Positions 46,051 to 60,599 of a DNA stretch of 64,000 bases are shown here, in pieces. Where the stretch lies: the NCBI GenBank assembly GCA_020137815.1, contig CM035355.1:3720001-3784000 (forward strand). Reading direction: 5' to 3'. Both the position numbers and the translations under genes were made by a program. The first letter of the stretch is position 1. Each line of letters starts with the position of its first letter. The stretch comes from Hormiphora californensis. Its lineage: Eukaryota; Animalia; Ctenophora. Below the pieces are notes generated by a model. It was given only the letters and a program-made list of their open reading frames with translations, ran no database searches and had not been told where the DNA came from.

Positions 46051-47073
46051 TAGAGAGTGTGAGACTGTGAGACTGAGATTTAAGTCTTCTTATGATCCGT
46101 TTTAATCATCACTATGACGCGTTTCTACCTTCGTCAATTGAAATTTTCAGTTGTGAACCGCAATTCAACATTTGTGGTAATCTTCTGGTACTTTGTGGCA
46201 TAGATCTGTCTAATGAGATTAATCTAAATTGGTCATTTTTGCAAAATATTGAAGCTAATTATTTCATTCTGGCCAGTGGCCGAATCTTACTCTACTATAC
46301 CGCAAAATACCAGGAAATTGGTCTTACCTTACACATAAAATATATCATTCGAAATCAGATGTATACCGGCCGCAGCTTGTCTTTCCTTCATAGTTCTATC
46401 TTGCTAGTCCCTTGATACAATTTAATATTATAAACCATCAGTTCTATTCTTCTTTTTAATTTCTTGTGAACACTCCCTTCATCATGTCATTGTCGTAAAT
46501 AATATCCCTCTCGCTCCCTGATAATTTGTAGGCCACACACATCTCTTGTTGTTACTCAACTACGTCTCTCTCGGTATTTTCTCACGTTATATTCGTCGTT
46601 CGTCTTAATTCGTTTTCCTTTATTAATGACTAATGTGTATGTAGTAGGACACAACGGGGACACTTAAGTTATACGAGCTGTTACATAATACAATATGATC
46701 ATCATTCAGTCGTACATGTGTAACAGTAATGGTATTGTTACTAGCTTCCTCGATGATATATATCTTTTCTCACTGCCTCTTGGTTTTCGAACTATACACT
46801 GTAATTGTTTCAATTATTTACACACCATTGAACCATTTCCTATTGCCCTTCACACATATATCACGTACACTGTATGTCCCTTATGTGTGAAGGACAAATT
46901 AGACAGCTGAAACCTGAACCACATGCACAGTCCATTATAATATGCACCTAGTTTGGTTCTGTTGTTTTACAAGGGTATGGTTTACCATCGATAGAGTTGT
47001 TGATAAGATGTTACTCAACAACTTGACAGGCACCAGTGTGTTAATATCTTGCAGATGGTGATCTTGCCTATCG

Positions 47074-47140
47074 CTGTATGGCGGCGCCATACCCCATTTG
47101 AGCGACAGTGTGCTCAGATGGGGTCGGCGGAGCCAGACAG
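47074..47140. mobile_element. 67-bp MITE, CTGT...ACAG ends, 8-bp TSD GCCTATCG
   Basis: TSD; related inverted copy at 57324-57403. Confidence 0.75.
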
Positions 47141-47892
47141 GCCTATCGCGGGTATAAAACTGTAAAAGCTTACGCAACTTGGTTTTAGGTGGAGTTTTGG
47201 TATAGATACATCATGTATTCCTCTCCCTCCAAGGAGAGAAATCAGAAAATTCCATGCTCTCCCAACTATTTTCCTATCTTTATTTGATCTCTCCCACGTG
47301 TGGTGTTTAATGTTTGTGTTTTTTGACATCTGAAATGTCACAGTTCACATGTTAAATGTCGTGAATATTGCATGAACTTTAAAGTAGTAATATATGTATG
47401 TATTTAACACCCATTTAACAATTAACACTCTTTTTTTCTGGTTAATGATGTAAGCGATATTATTTATATTGCCAGGTAGAACGTTAATATTACTAAAAAG
47501 TACAACTACAAGGTTGGAGAAAAGTGTGAATTGTTGTATTCGTTTTTTTTGGTTTTCTTTCTCAAAAAAATATAACTTGTTTATACGATTTTATTTTCAA
47601 ACTGAACATGAGATTCTTGGTTGTTATGTTCTAACCCTCATTTGTAAAACAGTGCACGGAAAGAGGGTCGAGCTAGGCAGATTCTTAGTGGTTCGATGAT
47701 GAAAAATAGTATCTAGTGCTGCAAAGTCTTATCTTTCATCGGTTTATCTTTCACCAAATAAATGGATCGTCAGTAGAAATTTGAGCCACGTCTGTTTGGT
47801 GTCTTACGTTGGACGTTGGTGCAATAAGATTGGGTGTTGTTTTGTTCACGTTCAGCTGCTTGTTGGTTCGCTATTATGCAATATGTTTTGTT

Positions 47893-47936
<44 letters not shown>

Positions 47937-48789
47937 TATATACAGATAGAGATATATAGAGATCGAATGCTGATTAGGAAGGATGGGAGACGATTCTTCA
48001 ATATATTTCAATATCGAGATGATGAAAACGTTAAGAGTTTCACACGTATCTTGATCAGTGATCTGTCGATCTATGACACTGCATATTTACTGACCTATCT
48101 GACAATAGACGGAGCGGGATCAGAGAGGAAGATATTGATCATGAGCGAGATAGAGAAATCTGGAAAACAGAGAAAGGGCTACCAATTGGGGAGGATCAGA
48201 TATAATAGTCGGCAATTCATACGGTGATGCAGTGCAGTAGAGAGAGAGATATAGAGAGAGAGAGGGGGGGAGTGAGAGAGAGGGTGGAGAGAGGACGATA
48301 GAGAGGGGAGAGAGAGATGAGCAATTGACAGACGAACAGTAACCAACCCCGTTATTCTCCGCTTTCATCAGCGACACACGTGACATGCAACGCTACTTCG
48401 TTCTCTTGCTCTATCTCTCCCTCTCTCTTTCTCTCCTCTCTCTCTCTCTCTCCTCTCTATATCTCTCTCTCTCTCTCTTCTTATCCTTCTCTCTCTCATC
48501 TCTCTCTAGTCCTCTTCTTTGTTTTTTTCTCACTGCCGTCCCCTCTCTTCGATTCTCCCTCTATCCCCCTCTCCCTCTCTACTCTCCTCTCTCCTCTTCT
48601 CTCTCTCTCTCTCTTTCTCTCTCTTGCTGCAGAATGTCAGAGACAGTACGCTTTTCAAGTGCTCCAAACTGTGCTCTTCAATCCTGCATTTCTCTCCATC
48701 GTCCTCTTCTTGATTCTCGCTGGCCTCTCTCTCTCCTGCTGCTACTCCTTATACCCCTCCTCTCTATTACTCTCTCTCTCTCATCTCTC

Positions 48790-49570
48790 ATCTCGGGGGG
48801 GGGGAAACCTTTTTTTTAAAAAAAAGGGTTTTTTGGGGGTTTTTTTTCCCCCAAAAATTTCCCCGGGGGAAAAAAAAAAAATTTTTTTAATTTTTTCCAC
48901 CTTTTAAAAAAACCCCCCGGGGGGGGGGGGGTTTTTTAAGAAAGGGAAAGGAAAAATTTTCCGGAAAATTTTAAAAATTTTTTTTAAAAAAAAATTTTTT
49001 TTCCCCAAAAAAAAAAAGGGGGGGGGGAAAAAAAAGGGGGGGGGTTTTTTTTGGGGGGGAAAAAAAAAAAAACAATTAAAAAAAAAAAGGGGGATTTTTT
49101 TTTTTTAAAATTTTTTTTTTTTTTTTTTTTTTATTTTTTTCCCTTTTTTTTTCCCCTTTTTTTTTATTTTTCCCCCCCCCCCTTTTAAAAAAAAAAAAAT
49201 TTTTTTTTTTTTTTTTTTTTTTCCCCCCCCCCTTTTTTTTCCCCCTTTTTCCTTTTTCCCCCCTTTTTTTTTTTTTTTTTGGGCCCCCTTTTTTTTTCCT
49301 TGGGGGGTTTAAAGGGGTTTTTTTTCCCCTTTTTGGTTTTCCAAAACCCTTTTTTTTTTGGGGGGGGGGGGGGGGGGGGAAAAAAAATTTTTTAAAAAAA
49401 AAAGGGGGGCCCCTTTTTTTTTTTTAAAAAATTTTTTTTTTTTTAAAATTTTTTTTTTTTAAAAACCCCCCCCTTTTTCCCCCCCCTTTTTCCCCCCGGG
49501 GGGGGGAAAAAAAAAACCCCCCCCCCCGGGGGAAAATTTTTTTTTTTTGGGGGGAAAAAAAGGGGAAAAT
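48790..49570. other. Homopolymer-only artefactual sequence
   Basis: Almost entirely mononucleotide runs. Confidence 0.9.
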
Positions 49571-49836
49571 ATCCTTTCTTGTACCCTGGTAATCTGTGTG
49601 CCCAAATCTGTTATCTATCCATCTCCTTCTCTTGACTACTTGCTCTCCTCTTCTCTCAGTTTATCGTCTCCATTCTAGCTTCTCTCTCTGCTCTGTTTTC
49701 TCGCTCCTTATCTCTCTTATCCTCGAAGCTCTCTGCGGGAAATCGGGGGGCGCAAAAGAATTTTCCCTAGCCTTTTTAAAAACCTGGGGCTCTCTCATCT
49801 CCTCCCCTCTCTACCCTTGATCTCCTTGGGGTAGAT

Positions 49837-50414
49837 TTGGTAATGAAATTCCCCCTCTGCGCTAGCTCACGGAGGGGTAATAATATCGCTTGTACGGCGG
49901 GGAAAAAATTCCTGTGTCCAAACTACAAAACAGAAAGTTCTAATTTTTTTGAACATACCGAGGAAATTGTCTGAGCTACCATTACATACCGGAATTTTTC
50001 GATATTTTGGCCATTAACACTGTTTTTGTTTTTGGAAAACTATGAAGATGCTGGAATTTGGCTACAAAAAGCTTCAGAAATGTGCAAAATGCCATTCCAA
50101 AGGTACTAGAGGTGGATTCATTGATAACTAAGCTATAGTCGAGTCAGAATAAATTCCACAAGATTGGAATTTTATGCCCATATAAGGAGTTATGCGACAC
50201 ACCTCTGTTGTTAAACATGTGGTGGAATCGCTACCGGTCGTTACTTTCTGTAGAATTCAGGTCCTGGTTACTATACAAACTAGTACCATACGTTTTAGAT
50301 AGGTTTTAGACAAGTTTTCGATAACTTTTTATGAGAAGGTCCTGTAAATTTTCATTTTTAGGTAGGCGGTATTGTCACCCCTATATGCAATAATAGGGGT
50401 GACTTCGTAACCAA
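49837..50414. mobile_element. 578-bp Mutator-like MITE, 9-bp TSD GGGGTAGAT
   Basis: Ends match the 56-bp element at 4852. Confidence 0.75.
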
Positions 50415-50463
50415 GGGGTAGATCTGCTCACGTCACGTTCAAATTTCTCCCACCTTTCCGTGA

Positions 50464-50699
50464 TCTAAAGTACTCCCCAAACTACTATGTCCCTCACTCT
50501 GGTTTTGTGAAATTTCCCACGGTCATAATTCCACTCCCTGATGAGATAAAGACTTGAAATTTGTTTTGTAGGAAGAACTCGACATGATCTCCTCACAAAA
50601 CAAATTTCAAGTCTCTATCTCATCAGGGGGTGGAGCTATGGCTGTCTAAAATCCGGTCGCGCGCAGCAAGGGACATAATAGTTTGGGGGGACCTTTAGA
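50464..50699. mobile_element. Imperfect palindromic MITE
   Basis: TCTAAAG...CCCCAAACTA inverted ends and an internal inverted repeat. Confidence 0.55.
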
Positions 50700-51237
50700 T
50701 TCATCTTGCGACTTGCTACATTTCTAGAATATGGATTAGGCGAAGCCCTAGATTCCCCTTATCCATATTCTAAAATCACATTGTTCGTTCATGCCCCATG
50801 AGCCATTTTATCTTAAAATCCATTGCTATAGCAATCTTCCAAAGATGGATTATAACTTCTTTTCTGTCGTAGTACATTTGAAATGTCTATTCATCTCATT
50901 TCTACGAGTATAATACACGGCTCGTAATCTCCAGCTCTCTAGCTCTCGTTCCCATTGTTCCTTTAAACGCCACTGTTTTAATAAAACAGTGTTTTATTTA
51001 TGGGAGGGATGTTTTAGATTCTCGAAAATTTAAATCTGTGCAGTTTTTTCTCCGTGTTGCAGTTCAAAATCAACTGCGAGGCGGTAAAAAGGCTGAAACT
51101 TGTAGTGCATGGTCAAGAAGAAATGACCATTGACAAAATACAGTTGATCATCACATGCAGTTTTTCGGTGGTCTAAGATAATATTGGTTCAGAGTTTAGG
51201 TCTACTTCTACAGTTCTACAGTTCTAGGAGTGCTTAT

Positions 51238-51479
51238 CACGGGGGATTACGGGGGCTCGAAAAGATCGCCCGTATAGATCGCCCGTACCAGTCGCCCGTA
51301 CATTTGCTTTGCGCATTACGTTTCACCACACTTTCACCACAACAAAACACATGCACGTAACGCGCATGTACCTTTTTTGTGGTGAAAGTGCGATGAAACG
51401 TAATGCGCAAAGCAAATGTACGGGCGACTGGTACGGGCGACTGGTACGGGCGTCTCATCCGGGCCCCCGTAATCCGCTG
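51238..51479. mobile_element. About 240-bp palindromic MITE
   Basis: Near-perfect hairpin (GGATTACGGGGG, TCGCCCGTAC repeats). Confidence 0.7.
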
Positions 51480-52049
51480 CCTATCGGTTTAGCATATTTC
51501 TGCCCTTGTAGCATACAGATCTGCAGCAGGCATTCCCTCCCCTGTCAGATCAGGCTGGCATATCAGCATGATGTTGTACACCTGGTGGCAGAATCAACAG
51601 TCTAGCTCTATGATATATGACTGATGCACTCTATCAGGGCATCATGTCAGGCACATCATTTGCATTGACTCTGACTATAGTATTTGTCTGTTTTATTTGA
51701 CCGGTGGTCCTGGTTTTATTTGTTGTCAATGACAACCAGATAGTAGACATGACAATGTCCATGTCATGTCTATTATCTGGTTGGATTTCTTGTCGTCGTG
51801 ACTATGTTCTTCTTGACATGTAGTTCTATTCATCCAGTTCCGGCAGTTCCGCCGTTCTGATTCTGATTCACGATCGATCACTGACCGTCTGACCACTGTT
51901 CTCGCTATGACTATGAGAATAGGGTCAGGCCAATGCTCGGAAAGGGCTACTGCTAAATTTTTGAAGGCCCTCTGTTGATTTCATTCACTGTGAAAAAGAA
52001 TTTATCCTCCTCTAACCCACCCACACTAACAAATCCCCCTCTGTTTTAG

Positions 52050-53397
52050 CTAATATCGGACAGATTCCAGGATTCAGTTTAACACGACCCACGTGGGTCC
52101 CCACCACTTGGTAGATGGAACGGGGGGTCCAATGATGACCACGGAGGAGGTGTATTATATCAGGAGTTTGGACCTCGCCCTGGGATCGGTTGGGGTCGTT
52201 ATCGGGGTTTCATCTCTTCTCATTAATACCATCATTCTGATCATTCTGCTTCGTCTACAACGGAGGTATATGAAACATCGGATGATGACATTTGTTTCAC
52301 GTTTTGTGTTTTCTGTTGTTGTTTAATTTTTCCCTTTTCCTGTGTTTTCTACTTCGTTTACACCTAACCACTCACAACCCCTCTCCTTTCTCCAGATCGG
52401 TACCAGATACGGTGTTCTGTCACTTGGCAGTCACAGACATTATTGCTAGTGTGGACGCCATCTTCGCATTCTCCCTCCTCCTAGCTGATAGGACCTACTT
52501 TAACTTCTACTTTATTGATGATGTCATATGTCAATTTACAGGTATATTGTGACGTAATGATGTCATTTTGTGTTATTTCGGGGTTTTAGGTCGTAGTTTT
52601 GTTCATATTATGACTGTCAGGCCAATGCTCTGACCACAGTTCTCGCGCGAGAATGGGTCAGGCCAATGCTCTGACAGTATTATGATGGTAGACAATTTCG
52701 TCCCTGATTAAATGTGCCACTGTGGGATCCCCTGGTAGCACATTTAATCAGGGAGTGGCCTATCTCTGGCCGAAGTTGGTGAGTATGGGGTAAGACAAGG
52801 CCGTATGTCAATGTATTATCAAAATACAATGTCCCATGATAGAAAAGCCTGGATGGCCACAGCCCTACTATCTGCCAGATCTGTCTCGAGACCAGGAACC
52901 GACCGAAACAAGTAAACAACTAAACAACCAATCAGAACTCGTTATTTAGGTCACGTGATTGGTTATCAGCCAATCAGGGACCAGTATTTCCTGATTCAGT
53001 CGGTTCCTGCTCGAGACCTCCGTTTGGATTCTGATCTGTGTAAGATTTGGTCGACATCTGGCCACTACTGCAGTAGCCAGTAGCTGACCAGACGAGTCTA
53101 GACGATAGCTCATTCGATATTCATACGGCCATACAAATCATATATTCATTTGAGCTGCACATTGTTACAACCTGTCCAGCTAATGAGACCATCATTCATA
53201 ACTCATTAGACCATTAGGAATCAGGCTAAACCCATCTCACTCACCCAGTCACGTCCTCACATAACCACACATAACACGTGCAGCATGTCCTGAGATAGCC
53301 ATGTGCAGTACAGGACATAGTGATGCCTCCCCTGCACAGAACAGTATATTGTCCTGATTGAATATATGTAATATTGGTAATAAGTGTGCGTGTTGGG

Positions 53398-53491
<94 letters not shown>

Positions 53492-56400
53492 CCAACTGAG
53501 AATCCATCAGACGAGCTGTATGCCTATCAGTCTCCCATTGGCATCTTTAATAGAGGTATCATTTGTCTATCATTCTCTTTATCTCTCTATCATCATTCTC
53601 TCCCTACCCACCCTTATTATTTCATTTGTCTCTAGTACATCTTAGCACTAGATCCGGATAAATGTAAAATTACATGCAGAATTCAGGCATACTCAGAACA
53701 TGTGATGGTAGATGGAGCGATATATTGAGAATGAGACTATAATAGAAACAGGAACATAAATGACCGTGTGTGACAACATATCTTGGAGTTGAATGAACTT
53801 AATTCTAAAAAACACCTCCCCTGCCAGGTATAACGTGGTGTGTGGTTTCCATAGCAACGCCCCTCCTACTCTCAATAGTCAGTTGTGGACGGTTCCTGGC
53901 CCTGTATATGCCTCACAGCTACGATAGTTTCTTCACCCCTCGCCTCTCTACATCCCTTATTGTCTTATCCTGGCTTATCAGGTTAGTACCAACCTGTCAG
54001 GCCAAATGCTCTGACAGGTACCATTACCAACCCCCTACTAAGTGTTTAGTGTTGTTGAGTAAAGGTTGAGAGTCGACCCCCCTTATTCAACAACCCTATT
54101 GTGACTTGAATATTTGCATTTTGCATGGTCAAATATAAACTGGTCTCGGCCAATCTGTCATCATTCCTTATCCGTAATGGGCGAAGCTGAAGGGCTAAAA
54201 GAATTCAACTAATTCAACCTAATGTTGGATTCTTGCCAGATTAGTATAGGGGTGTGGAATTATAACACACACGTACACAGCTAGTCTCGAGATAGTTGCC
54301 ATGTGATGATGCTGCTACAGTAGGTGATAACCATCCTGTTATCGGTCTATGACGTCAGAGACAGATCTTAATCCGGCCCTCGTCCTACCCCTCCCATAGT
54401 AATATATCGAGCTACCCCTTCTGACTGATTCTATTCACAGTTCTCTTGAAATACACAGCAGAGGGTGAGGTCCCAGTATCCTGGGTTCCTAAGACTAAGA
54501 CATCCTTGGCCTCCCTGGCCTAAAAAACCTAAATTAAATCCAAGCTGAATATATGTAACACACTAGGCACTAACCCCCTCTACTCCCCAGTATAATCGGT
54601 GGCACGATGAACCTTTGGAAACTGCAGCCCATGAAAATGAACCCAAAGTGGGGTTACTGCGACTACAGACTTGTTGATATCTACACCAAAAATGAAACCA
54701 GGTATATCCCTACCTTACTCGACCCTCTTTCCGTGTAAAGGAGGGTTAGAACATAACATTAACAACTAACAAGTATATCCGATTGTCTGTTTAGAGAAAT
54801 TTCCTTGGAGCTTTTTATTCGTTTTAAGGTGAATCCAGAATGTGAGGGGAATATATATCAATGATATGGGAAGGGTTGGAGTCCAGCATGAGCATCACAG
54901 AATAATGTGCCCGACAGAAATATATCAGACACCAACAGCATGAAATTCCCTCACAATTATTCACGTGGAAGGTGGAGGGCTAGGTTCATTGTCTCTACAC
55001 GTGATCTGGGGTGGGTGGGGGTGTGGTATTCCATTGAATTTCTCTACCTATGGAATTGGAACTGCAAACAGCTTGTGACGTGCTGTGGGAACCATATATG
55101 GCTCATAAAGGACCAGTACTAGGGTTAAATTAGAGACAGCCAACTTGTATAGCGTGAACCATGAACCCTCCCCCTCAGGTACATAGTGATATTTCTCTAC
55201 TCCATACCTCTCACCTTATCAACTGGAATCCTACTTTTCTGCAACATGGCTGTAGCCCTTCGACTACTCAGGTAACGGTACAAACTAGACCATGGGAAAA
55301 CTGGCCAGATAATGGGGGGGGGGGAGGGGTCATTGGTCAATGAAGTTTCCTTGGAAGTAAGGTCTGTGTTTATTAACAATGTTGATTGTAAGTTCAGCCT
55401 TCAATTTTCTCCAGGTTAGAACTACAGGACCCGATAGCATCCTTCTCTCGGAAGGTGGCCAATATTCGGAAAGTAACAGCACGAATAGATCTAGTTTTTG
55501 TGAATACCCTCTCTGATAGCGAGGCTGTCAGTTTCGATAGTACTGTCGAGGTAAGATACCTTTAGAAATTATATCTAGTTTTATAGGGAGATATCTAGAG
55601 ACGGTGCCTGCAGGTGGGCTATATGACCTTCTCTGCTCTTGACCAACGATGTATTTGTCCAAATTTCCAAAGCTGGTCTACACACGCATGAATTGTACAA
55701 TACATGGCGCGAAGACCAGCTTTGTTGTTGGCAATTCAGCAGAACTGCCACTGTTGATGTTACGTCACTTTCATTGATCAATTGCAGATGAAATTGGGTG
55801 CTCATGTTTACATCTGGCGGCCCCTCTATATCATTCTGGTTCTACTTCTAGTTCTCCCTCTCATTTCTATCCTCTATCCCTCTATTCTGTTGATTAATCT
55901 TCAGGCCATACTTCTTCAACTTCTCTCTACCTGCACTGTATTACCAGGCTACATCAAACAACAGTAGAATTTCTACTAGAAAGAAGAGAGAGGGAGCTCC
56001 CTCGACCCTCTCTCTATTAGTATATCCCAGACCTCCCGGGAGGTCTGGAATATATATAGAGAGAGGAGGTAATTCATGCTACTTTAGGGCAGTCAGCCAG
56101 ATGCACGTTCCTCCCTACTACTACTACAGTGACGAGAATCCATTGTGATATAGTCGAATGGTACCCCTTCTCCCTAGACTCCCTCCTTATCCTATACTCT
56201 ATATTACTAGTACTACTTCTCCCTACTTATCAGCTATATCTTGGTAGTGATACTGGTAGTGGTACTAACAATGACCCACGTGTATGATCAGTAGTACTGA
56301 TCTATATCGGGGGTCACAATGACAAGTGTACATCAATTACCCGGGTACTGATTGCTATCCCTCTCTTTCCCGCGTGTTACTTAGTAACCCTTTCTTAGCA

Positions 56401-57742
56401 CGGGGCTCCCAATAGATTTTACCCCTGTCAGAGCATTGGCCTGGCCCTGTTCTCATTTCTTCGCGGAGCGCACGTGCACGAGAACTGTGGTCAGAGCATT
56501 GGCCTGATAGTTTTACCCTAGTAGATAGGAGGTGGTCTCTGGGGGAGTGATATCGACCACGATTAGAGTTGTTGAGTACACCTTACTCAACAAAATTAGA
56601 GCAACCCAATTTTCCTCTCATTCTAAAATTGTTTTACCCAACTCCTATCCAGGTAAAGAACAATATACAGCGAGACAGTGGAACAGTTGTGAGAGGGGAT
56701 AGCACTACCAGGAGAAAGAGGACCAATAAAATAGGGACACTTCAGAGAGCCTCACGGAGACGCAGAAAAGAGAAACAGGTATCAGCTTGCCTAGCTCGAC
56801 CCTCTTTTCGCGGAAGGGTTAGAACATAACAAGTATCTGCTATCTTTTCAATTCTCTTTTCTTTCTTCATGCTTGGTCTTAGCTTTCCTTCTAGCAGGAA
56901 ATTGTTCACATCACATGACTTCCATGAAGTTTGCGAGAGAGATTGTGGGGGCTATAATAGAGAGAGAGTGGGGGCTAGAGAGAGAGAGAGAGATCAAGAG
57001 GGCGAGAGAGAGAATTAAACCGAATAGAATAGAGGGGGTCTAAAATTAATTGCACAGTATCTCTCTCTCATTGACCCCCCTGATTAAAGCAAGCAGTCCC
57101 GCATTCATTGGCTCTTCTCGGTCCTCTCTCTCTAGGAGCTAGAGATTAATCAAGTTTAATCCACCTTAGAATCTTGTTGTCATCTCTTCCCAGAAATTGC
57201 ATAATTTCATAACCCAGAGTTTAAAAAACTATCTTACTCTCATACCCTACTCTCCCCTTACTCAACAACTCATATCAAGGAGAATTAAAAGTAATCCAAA
57301 CCGACAAAAAACTCATTCCAAAACTGTCTGGCGCCGCTGACCCCATCTGAGCGCACTGTCACCCCATTTGAAAATCAAATTTGGGTATGGCGCCGCCATA
57401 CAGTTCTAAAACCATAATTCTCTCCAGGTGATATTAGCGACTCTCCTGTTTTCCCTCAACTTTGGCCTGTGCTACTTCGTTATGCTCTACTATTACTTCT
57501 CCTACATGATATCTCCCACACACGACGTCTTCAAGGCCCTCAGCAGGGCGGACCCAATTAAGGACACGTATATTTTAGGGTGGTTCTATTATGCCACGTT
57601 TCTTAGTTCCAGTATAGACCCTTTTATTCATATTCTGTGTAACAGTAAAGTCAGGATAGGGGCAAAAACTCTGTATGGAGGTTTTAGGGCCACCGTTTCT
57701 AGAGCTAGGACTTGGACTACACGAACTGAAACAGCCGCGTGA
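52050..57742 (+). CDS. Class A (rhodopsin-like) GPCR, 8 exons (about 52050-52265, 52396-52541, 53828-53981, 54591-54701, 55179-55271, 55415-55550, 56653-56778, 57428-57742); start uncertain
   Basis: TM1 Asn, LAVTD in TM2, GRF at the end of TM3, TM4 Trp, SSSIDPFIH in TM7; GT-AG boundaries in phase. Confidence 0.82.
52614..52677. mobile_element. 64-bp MITE CTGTCAG...CTGACAG, 8-bp TSD TATTATGA
   Basis: TSD; relatives at 53994-54017 and 56425-56510 (TSD TTTTACCC). Confidence 0.75.
52893..53009 (-). mobile_element. hAT-type MITE copy (109-bp family)
   Basis: TSD CTCGAGAC. Confidence 0.85.
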
Positions 57743-58031
57743 GAGAAACTGATATTTCTGGAGTTGTATTTTCATCTTGTTTTGTCTGTATGTTTCCCCT
57801 GGCGTTTGACCATTAACCAATTGTAAAACTTTCGTGTTTTCTTTTTACAACAATTTAGAAGAACATAATTTCACGTGTCATACACACTCAAAAAGGCACA
57901 CACACAAATTGTCAAAAAAGGGAACAGAATATCTTCAGGTGATAGGTGCTGTTCGAATTATCCAAACCATCTCTTGCACATTACTAAATGTCTTCCTATT
58001 TATTCACTAAATATCAGTCTCCCAGTTTCCA

Positions 58032-60589
58032 CTAATCCAAATCTGCATCTTCCTGAACTGCAGACGCTGACGAACTGCCTCCCTCACTCGGTTGAGGTGC
58101 AAATAAAGACTGTACCAGACCTCCCAAGCCACCTGAAAATAAAAGGGCTCATTAGGATTATCTACTCAAACGGATGGTCTTTGATGACAAATAATTGTTG
58201 TCGACAATTATTAATGACAATCCGTGTGCGTTTGTGTACGTGTGTGGGTGGGGTAAACGGCCGCGCGGCGTTTCGCGCATGGTCACGTGATCTCGGGTGT
58301 ACTTTGTTCATATCAACCATACCGCGCGCTACAACTGTTCTCAAAGTGTAGTGAAGCTGGTTAAGATCGGGAGCAGCAATTCTTGATTTTTCAGTGTGCT
58401 TGTTACACGGGTATAATCAATCCAACAAGGTCTTGTATTGGAAGGAGACTTTTTAGAGAGCTCCATAGTTGAAACCTTACCTAATCCAGCTGGCTGCTTG
58501 CACTCATTAAAATACACTCGTAACACTTTTTCTATTAACTGAAAGGGGTGAAATCGAGGTGAATAATAATAATAATGAGATAGCATAAAAAATAACATAG
58601 TACAAGAGTAGGAAATCTTTTGGCGGTATGTGGTTGTTAAAGGTTTACTTAGTTGGCATTAGCTCCACCCTCTATTATATACACGCATAGAAACACAAAC
58701 TATAATGTCACATTTCAGTAACTAAAACTTAGAACATCCTGATCAGACCTCACCTTGCTCGACCCTTGGTTACGAAATAACCACTCTAAAGGTCGCGCTG
58801 GCAAGGAAGGGGTTACTTCGTTACCAAGCTCGACCCTCCCTCCCTCAATGCAACAACACCAACTCAAATCCACTGTTTAAAACAGGTTCCAATTATACCC
58901 ACCTCGTTTAATGTTGGATCCCTTTCCAATGCTTTACTGTAGTGATCCCGTAGCGCCTTGACCAGCCCTGAACTGCCCTTATCTATGGCTCGCAGGAGCA
59001 GCTCTGTAAAGTTAACCAGGGGCTGCTCGTGGGGGAATGTGGTAGAAAAGTGACGAGATACAAAGAGTTTGAATATCCGGCGGGCATGTTCTGTTCGGTG
59101 TAACGTGAGGAATCTGGGAGAGAGGGGGTTTAGTAACTTGTGGGAAAGTGCATGGGATTGGAGTGAGCAATACTTAAAGTGTTAGTTACAAATTATGAAG
59201 GGGGATAATAGTTACACAAAATCAACACAGATACAGACTATCAAGACATGTTTCATCAGTTATGATATTGCCACTTGACAGGTCACACTAACACAATTAT
59301 ACACTTCTATACAGATCACACACAGTTCACACACTCCTATACAGATCACACTCACACATTTCTACACTCACTGTAACACAGCAGATGTTATAACAAGTTC
59401 TGCCTCTGACTTGTAGACCCTTGTTTGCGCCACATCAATCAGCGTATGGCAATAGAAATCAACCCCATCAAGATCCAAATACTGACAGTGTATACAGGCA
59501 AGTTATGTAGTCTGATTCTGAGGACAAAATAAGAGTTAGAAAAATATAGAATATCGAGTAGGATAGGATAAATTATTTCTTTCATTGATTTTTGCTTAAA
59601 AAACGTACACGTTGTCTGTTTGTTTGTCTCATTGTCAGTATGTTTGTCCTGTGTATACCTCGAAGTGATATCTCTGCACATGCCATATGAAGGGCCGGGT
59701 CACCGTGCTCTGTATGTAACTTAGACCACCTGAAACAAGTTAGTTTCTAGTCGCATTCAGCTTATGAGATTGGATGAGAAAACTTATGAAAATCCCCTAT
59801 GTAATAATATTGAAATCTCTGAGAATATTTTGTGTGACTAGGACTTACTTGAAAATTTTGGGTAGGAATCGTTGTTTAGCGGACTCAGAAGACCACAGTC
59901 CCTTCATTATCTCCACTAAATGTTTTGTTATTGCATCGCTGGGTCTCGTTTCATGTGTTGATAGGTGATCTCCTGGAGGAAAATTGAAAATTGAACAAGA
60001 ATAGAACACCAATCTTGTATTGTTTATACTCTTCAATTTGAATTAAAAATAAGGGGCATGGCCGACTCTAACAATTATTGAATTTGAAGCCCATGAAAAC
60101 CAACCTAATAGCAGAGCTAACTCCGTCCCGTTTTCCATTTGTTGATGATTCAGGAATAATTTACACCCTGATATCAACAACCTGAGTCCCTCTGTTGTAT
60201 TTCCCTCGCCTATCTTCCTGTTGTATACACTCCTGAAGTGAAACAATCGGAGAGTTTACAAAAAACATAATCGTTACTACTGATCTGGGTTTGCACTTTT
60301 ACGACCACGTTATGGCGGCTGTAATAAACTTGGTGTACTGCAGAAAACAGTGCAGTGTGAGATGCAGACAGTAGACACGACTAAACTAATTTACAAAATA
60401 CACCGTTTACCCTACAAACACACTGCACGGTGTTTGTCCCAGATATATTGCTCAACTCTAAAGGTTTGTTTCTATCTGAAACACTTACTTGTACATTTGG
60501 AAAGCATCGTAGTAATTCCCTGCTTTGACATTGCCCTCCAATTTCTCCAATATCCTCTCAATTCCCCCAGCACCCCGCCTTCTCGACAT
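58032..60589 (-). CDS. GET4: Golgi to ER traffic protein 4 (TRC35), 8 exons; one apparent 1-nt frameshift near 59500
   Basis: GIERILEKLEGNVKAGNYYDAFQMYK, HGDPALH, SAVLQFL, QPLVNFTELLL, HYSKALERDP, terminal GGLGGLVQSLF...DLD. Confidence 0.85.
58766..58827. mobile_element. 62-bp Mutator-like MITE, 9-bp TSD GCTCGACCC
   Basis: TTGG...CCAA ends and TSD. Confidence 0.7.
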
Positions 60590-60599
60590 GGTCCTATTA

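Noticed and set aside
44480-49570. Homopolymer blocks as biological G-quadruplex or low-complexity loci
   Set aside because: The pattern matches base-calling collapse, as shown by the degraded duplicate at 1350-3950
59490-59515. GET4 frameshift as pseudogenisation
   Set aside because: One extra base in an otherwise intact conserved gene within an error-prone assembly; most likely a sequencing error
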